Shown piece by piece: positions 31,501-36,924 of a DNA stretch of 36,924 nt; positions within the stretch are counted from its first letter, which is position 1; each line of letters opens with the position of its first letter. This DNA is from Lottia gigantea. Lineage: Eukaryota. Below the pieces are notes generated by a model. The model did not search any database. It was not told the DNA's origin and saw nothing but the letters and a program-made list of their open reading frames with translations. The stretch is from positions 501,969-538,892 of the forward strand of contig NW_008708401.1 of the NCBI RefSeq assembly GCF_000327385.1, given 5' to 3'. The position numbers and the translations under genes are program-made.

Positions 31501-34500
31501 AATACCCTCATTTTCATCCAGTGGTATAGCTTGTCGTTTCATCATGACCTCTACCTCTACAGGAGGCACGTATTCTTTAGGTCCGCGGATCATCCATCTA
31601 TCTCCTGGTTTTCTTTCAATTCCCTGTAAATATATCAAGAATTCTAAATATGTGTTCTTTCACTATGGTGCTTAACCAGCAGAGTGTACCTGTTTAACAC
31701 AACAAACATCTATTTCAGTTGTTAATTCTTAAAAAAAATTCAAATATTACTCTTTGTTTCCTTGATATAATCTTAGAAGAATTAAGCCAAGTTGATTATA
31801 AATAATCTAAATTTATGAAATGATCTGTATAGACAGACCAGGTAGATTTTAAAAAGAATGATGAAAATCCCAACAACTTTACTTAAGTAGGTCATTTTTT
31901 TTTTTTGCCATTGATTTACCTCCAATTATAATAAAAATTGAGGTCAGATATCTTCAATCTAAAAAAAACATTTCATTCTTCATTCAGTTACCTATATCTT
32001 TTTATATAGCCGAAATATAGCAAAAATCAACAACAAAAACAAAATGCAATAATAACATCAAAAAATGCTGAAAACGTGCCGTCTAATTACCTGACTTGTT
32101 GAAGCTGATTCTGTATCATCCTTTTTACGCCTTTTAGACAATGGCGGCTCCTTTAATTAATAAAGGAGATATTTCAACGATAAACTCATGGTGTTAATTC
32201 ATGCATAATTAAAGGTTTAAGTACTGTATAATTGTCAATATAGTGCGCATGTGTAATGCACACCTCTTACCCTTACATACATCTGGAGGGATCTGTCATA
32301 ATAAATGCACTCTATGATATATATATATATATATGTTAGTCAATATATAATGACTGTTGATATAGTTAAAATTATATTTGCCAGTTAAAAACTCTAGATT
32401 CTCTGCCCGTGAAATGTGTTAAAACAAACCTTTTATCTCGTTTCAAGATTCTTGTTGTCTAAGATGAATAATTAGCTATAGCTAACTATATTTCTATATT
32501 ATTACAATAAGACTGGTGTATACCTTTTCCTTTTCTATGTGTTCATGCCAATATTATTCAAGCAGATTGTAAAGAGGTTTTCAAAACTTTTTATGTACCT
32601 ATCACAAAGATATTATTAGCAGCTTTTGCCATAATGATTTCATATACAGCTAAGCATTTTTATAGTTACAAGAATCACAGACATCTACCAGAAAATAGGA
32701 ATGATGCAAGTTGAAGCCTTAAATGGTTCTGATGAACATATAAAAGCTAGAAAACCTCTTAACAATCCCTTTACTTTAAGCTACCATCACCAGATTAGAA
32801 AGGGTTAGAAAAAAACTCAATTAGGGCAGACATTTAAATATTTTCAGTTTTATATTGTAAGGATCATGAACATTTATTATAATTTCAAATTCGTGGATAT
32901 TTCAGATACATCAAAACTAAAAGTTAGCAAAAGTAAATTCCCAAAAAACTGGAAATAGTTTAATGTCTGCCATTTTTTAAAATGAAACTCATACACACCT
33001 GTGAGCCCTCTTTGAAAAATTCTGTAGCGCGTAAAATAAGGCCTTCATCCTCTCCTAAAATATATACATTCTGAATTCCCTTTTCGAGCTTCTCCCCTGG
33101 CATCAAGAAGAAGGTTTTTTCTCCTTTAACCAGTTTACGTTTTCCGAGTTGAGGCTTGCCACCGTCATCAACAGGATCTACGACAACACAGTATTGTCTG
33201 TTATTTAAAGTTGTGATATTTACTACACCTACTACCTGTAAGAAATAAAATATTTCATCAGTATTAAAACACAATTCAAGATTTACTCCCTACTTTACCA
33301 TCTCTTGTAATCTGATATTGACAATTCCCTTTGAAATTTTTGTGGTATAGAGGCATGCGAGGTGCTTAGCTGTGGTATAACTATTTTAAATCGAAGGCAA
33401 CTCACTCATTTGTCAGACTTTATAAAATTACCACATTTTCATTTATATTTCAACAATACAAACCTCGCCAAAGGGCACCACTCTCATATGTCTTACCATT
33501 TTACATAGGAAATGTATTGACTGTGAGCCCCCCAACCCTTATATGATTCATATATAACGCCATTGATCATGCGTTAAGTATCCAAATGAATTGAAATCAA
33601 ATTAAAAAGCTTGAGTTCAAAAATAGTTGTACTGACCTCTTCATAAACATTAGGTATATGTGTTTCTGTATCATTCATAGTAATTAACCATTCTTCACCA
33701 TTTTTACGTGTAACTTTAAAATCATCCACATATGTTCGTAATGCTCTCATGTGTAATGCTTTCTGTAAAAATAAAATTACAAAGAATGAATTATAGTTTT
33801 ATATCCTACTTTTCTGCACCTGTTTGATCTAAAGAGGAAAGACAACGCTATGCAATGTGCAATGAGGGAAATTCGCTAGGACAGAAGCATTAGCCTATTC
33901 TTTATTCAATTTCCAACCGTAGATGGACATTTTACTAAAGCAGCTTGTAGCATACAGTCATGGTTTATTGTCCCCTCTGTGCGACAAGATGCGATTGTCA
34001 TGTTAGTTGTCTACATCAATGAGATATAAAAATTCATCCTATGCTTGGATTAAACCATGGACCGCAAGTCAGCAAGCACCTGCCTCCCAATGAAGTATAT
34101 AGTGCTGCTTTTGTAATATAAGTAAGTACCATACCTTATCAGTTAAAACATAGGCACTGACAACATCTACAACCTCCTCATAGGCACCAGGTAAATACGC
34201 TCCAGTTTTACTAACCAACCATTCCTCTCCTGTGACTCTCTGTTCACCAGATCTGTCAATACATTCTTTACGAGCTCGTAATCTTATAGCATGATTAGGT
34301 TTAATTATGGTGGCTCGAATAGTTTCCTCTACTACAACTTCTTTTCGTGGAATATATGTTCCTAAAAATCAAAAGACAAAATTCTTTAATACAAACTGAG
34401 GATTGTGAATTAATGCTTCAACTTTCTATAAATACCAAATGTTGTGCCAAATTTGGATTTTGTAACAGTAAAAATCTCCCATAAAGATGACATTTTAGGT

Positions 34501-35842
34501 CTGGCTCTTACCGTGTTGATATCCCATGTGTATATATCACAGGTACTAACTATTTGTTGTGATACTGATATATTACCCAGCCCCACCAATTGAGCTGAGC
34601 TATCCTAACAGCAGGATACTTGAAAATCTACTAACCTGGACCCTCAAAAAGCCATTCATCACCAGCAATTCTCTTTTCCCCAGATTCGTCTTCAAAATCT
34701 AAAATAGCTCTTAATCTTAAGGCTGAGTTGGCTGGTACTATTTTTAATGGTGTTACTGGCTGGAATGTGAAAAGACATCTTGTTAAGATTTCATTTCATG
34801 AAAATATTATTAAGACATTCTAATACAGCTAGGAATGCATGTTAATAGAAGTATTTTCAGCTGGCTGGTTTCTTTTCAGCTTTACAACGGTGGTCATCTG
34901 GAAGGCCTAAAGCGTCAAATATTGCCCCTTACATCAATTTGCTCTGTTCCCTAATGCAGGCAAGAACTTAATATGGTTCATTACATAAACTAACTAATGA
35001 ACAACTTCCTACTTTCTAACGCAAGTGAGCCACTCCATTCCCCACCCCCACTACCAAATTACACTCCCAATAAATTTACCTGTTTTAAAACTTCACCAGG
35101 GTAAAGAGGGAAGGGTTCCTGAGCAAGACGGATTTCTTGATCAGCATGATAAAGTTTAACTTGTCCTGAAGAATCTGTTACCACTTCATCATCTTTATTT
35201 CTGATTACAGGGTTTTCTAGTACACAATAATGTCGTGGGGGCACCACTATCATTTTCTCAGGTCCATACACAATTCTACAAAGAATGACATCAAATTATA
35301 TGTGGATATAACTATTCGGATAGTTATATAAACACAAGTTGAAAGATCCTATCCTATGGACCTTAAAGAGACATAAGCTTCCCATGTCAAATTTTTAATT
35401 GTACAGAGTTCTTTCAAGTGAATTGTTCAATTGAAATATTAGTTTAAAACATTCTTAGAATGACTTTGTGTTGTGTTTCTCATTTTGAAATCTATGTTTA
35501 CAGAGGAAAGAGTGTTTATATTTAACGTATCAACAAAAAAAAGTTTTCTAAAACTATCAGTACTAATATTAACAAAATTGTTTCAAATTCACTCAAAAAA
35601 ATAATCAGTAAATTTCAATTTATCAATGAAAATTACAAGTAGCAAGTTACTACATCGAATCTTTAAAACAAAATGAAAATTTCAAAACCATTTTCTCACC
35701 TTTCATTGTCCTGTCTGATATAAGTCTGTGGACCAATCGTTAGCCTTGTAACATTGGAATTCTGGTCCAATACATGGATATAATAATAGGGAGGAATTCT
35801 ATAAATAGATTCCTCCGATCCACGGCCTCGTGGTACAGACAT
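28160..35842 (-). CDS. MVP: Major vault protein (MVP), complete CDS, 13 exons, 860 aa.
   Basis: The spliced translation starts [48 protein letters not shown] (compare the MVP motif [42 protein letters not shown]). It matches MVP along its whole length, including VVPPRHYC, ...[69 protein letters not shown]...[115 protein letters not shown], the coiled-coil [18 protein letters not shown]...[17 protein letters not shown], and the C-terminus [36 protein letters not shown]. All 12 introns are GT-AG, and the exon lengths sum to 2583 nt, in frame. Confidence 0.92.
28787..29030 (-). CDS. MVP: MVP exon 12: coiled-coil region.
   Basis: The acceptor is ttgtgattaacag|ACATGAAG. The peptide is [82 protein letters not shown]. 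The donor is GCT|GTAAGT. Confidence 0.9.
29259..29470 (-). CDS. MVP: MVP exon 11.
   Basis: The acceptor is tcaatttcag|AATTCAGC. The peptide is [70 protein letters not shown]. The donor is AG|GTTAGT. Confidence 0.9.
29924..30068 (-). CDS. MVP: MVP exon 10.
   Basis: The acceptor is tctttgtttccag|GCATTTTG. The peptide is [49 protein letters not shown]. The donor is AAG|GTAGGT. Confidence 0.9.
30401..30598 (-). CDS. MVP: MVP exon 9.
   Basis: The acceptor is aaaatttcag|AGTTATA. The peptide is [66 protein letters not shown]. The donor is TG|GTATGT. Confidence 0.9.
30930..31168 (-). CDS. MVP: MVP exon 8.
   Basis: The acceptor is tgttttatttag|GTTCGATC. The peptide is [79 protein letters not shown]. 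The donor is AG|GTGAAT. Confidence 0.9.
31474..31623 (-). CDS. MVP: MVP exon 7.
   Basis: The acceptor is atatatttacag|GGAATTG. The peptide is [50 protein letters not shown]. The donor is AAG|GTGAGT. Confidence 0.9.
32999..33235 (-). CDS. MVP: MVP exon 6.
   Basis: The acceptor is atttcttacag|GTAGTAGG. The peptide is [79 protein letters not shown]. The donor is CAG|GTGTGT. Confidence 0.9.
33637..33762 (-). CDS. MVP: MVP exon 5.
   Basis: The acceptor is ttatttttacag|AAAGCA. The peptide is [42 protein letters not shown]. The donor is GAG|GTCAGT. Confidence 0.9.
34135..34361 (-). CDS. MVP: MVP exon 4.
   Basis: The acceptor is cttttgatttttag|GAACAT. The peptide is [76 protein letters not shown]. 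The donor is AAG|GTATGG. Confidence 0.9.
34636..34759 (-). CDS. MVP: MVP exon 3.
   Basis: The acceptor is tcacattccag|CCAGTAACA. The peptide is [41 protein letters not shown]. The donor is CCAG|GTTAGT. Confidence 0.85.
35080..35275 (-). CDS. MVP: MVP exon 2.
   Basis: The acceptor is cattctttgtag|AATTGTG. The peptide is [66 protein letters not shown]. The donor is CAG|GTAAAT. Confidence 0.9.
35700..35842 (-). CDS. MVP: MVP exon 1.
   Basis: The ATG is the reverse complement of 35840..35842 (AAAGATGT). The peptide is [47 protein letters not shown]. The donor is AAAG|GTGAGA. Confidence 0.85.
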
Positions 35843-36897
35843 CTTTACTGGTTTATATTACTGAAATAAAATTTAACATTCAAAAGTTAAGTGGATTGAC
35901 AAATGTATGAGGTCTTCAGTATGAGAATCACTAGAACAGACTTCTAGTCCATACAAGAAGCTAACCTTTAGCAACTGTATTAAAAGCTGACAATTGAGGA
36001 AAAGTTATATGCCAAAAACATCAATTTTTGGTTCAAATAAATTTAGGTTTCAAATCATCAAGATGTAGAGTCCCAAACATATTTAATGACAATGTTTCTA
36101 TGATTTGATCATTTTAGAATGGAAATTGGTACTAGGCTAATAATAACATTAAAAGAATACAATTAACTCTGAAAAAGGAACTCCAAGTCTTCTGATATAT
36201 TGTTTGATTTTAGTTACTTTTTTTTAATTTTAATAAAAAATATTTACCACACAAAATAAGGACTAGATTATCTATGAAATTTAGCACCCGGATTGACTAA
36301 TTTATGCAGTATCAAATAATCAATACACCGCCTGCCTGGAATGTCGGCTTCGCTCTCTCTTACTATTGTTATCCAATTTCCATGCCGCATATCATACACT
36401 AAATAACATTGTCAGAAAAAATCCTATAGCGAACTTCTCACATGATGTTTCTTACCTCTTTTATATCCCACAATTTTATTCTGATGACTTCGAATTGCTC
36501 AGAAAATGCTAACTCAGATCACTGACGAAAACAGTTGCAATAACAATTTTAGACGTGATCGTCTAGACGTAATTAACTATTTAACTAGTGTAGTCAATGA
36601 ACAAGTTGAGCCTTGATAATCTCGATGAATGATAGTTGGAGAAATTTGATTGGTCAGGCTGATTTAGCTGTCAGCAGAAATATTTCATCTCATGTCGCAA
36701 CTCGTCTTAAAGGGACAACTCAAAGTTTGTAGAGATATAAAAATAGAAACTGTCGTATTTTCTGTTGATGAACAACGCAAATTCTTTTGAGGCAGTTTTA
36801 TAGAGTTCTATATTTAGAAACCCCTTTGGAAGTTCATATAATTGTTAAAATGGGGCTCGAACGTAAGATGTTTGACAAATGATTGATAAAAAAAAGT

Positions 36898-36922
36898 GGG
36901 GGGGGGGGGGGGGGGGGGGGGG
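36898..36922. repeat. G25 homopolymer at the window edge, about 1.05 kb upstream of the MVP start codon.
   Basis: A direct read shows aaaaaaaagt followed by 25 G and then aa. The run may extend or end at the window border. Confidence 0.9.
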
Positions 36923-36924
36923 AA

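Noticed and set aside
1-36924. A search for a prokaryotic-style novel system (operon, defence island, CRISPR array or mobile element cargo).
   Set aside because: The window is unambiguously eukaryotic: every coding region is split by GT-AG introns and encodes metazoan proteins (mGluR-like, INPP5K-like, RPAIN, MND1, importin-alpha-like, MVP). There are no CRISPR repeats, no integrase or transposase ORFs, and no operon-like arrangement.

Overview
This window is eukaryotic (metazoan) nuclear DNA, not prokaryotic. It is AT-rich (about one-third GC by eye), and every gene is broken into exons bounded by canonical GT...AG introns, which I traced codon by codon on both strands. There are no operons, CRISPR arrays, rRNA genes or convincing tRNA genes.

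Six protein-coding genes account for most of the window:
1. The 5' part of a metabotropic-glutamate-receptor-like class C GPCR on the minus strand (376..2858), four exons encoding the N-terminal ligand-binding domain. The gene continues beyond position 1.
2. A complete inositol polyphosphate 5-phosphatase with a C-terminal SKICH domain, INPP5K-like, on the minus strand (about 8082..12517).
3. RPAIN (RPA-interacting protein) on the plus strand, seven exons, 222 aa (13427..16007).
4. MND1, the meiotic recombination factor, on the minus strand, 205 aa, whose first exon contributes only the ATG (16645..about 19063).
5. A 500-aa importin-alpha-like protein (IBB-like N-terminus plus ARM repeats, possibly TMCO6-like) on the plus strand, twelve exons (19443..24584).
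6. A complete major vault protein gene (MVP), 13 exons, 860 aa, on the minus strand (28160..35842).

The genes form two head-to-head pairs sharing short promoters (INPP5K-like with RPAIN; MND1 with the importin-like gene) and one tail-to-tail pair (RPAIN and MND1) whose stops lie 637 bp apart. Other features are a C25 homopolymer in the INPP5K-like/RPAIN promoter, a G25 homopolymer at the window end upstream of MVP, a (CT)6 microsatellite and a 21-bp x3 minisatellite.

I found no undescribed system in the prokaryotic sense. The points most worth a second look are:
- the co-located RPAIN / importin-alpha-like / MND1 trio;
- the duplicated ATG|GTAATT candidate first exons of MND1;
- the INPP5K-like gene's unresolved 3' end (a stop codon as the first codon of the last exon);
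- a possible in-frame hydrophobic N-terminal extension of the INPP5K-like protein.
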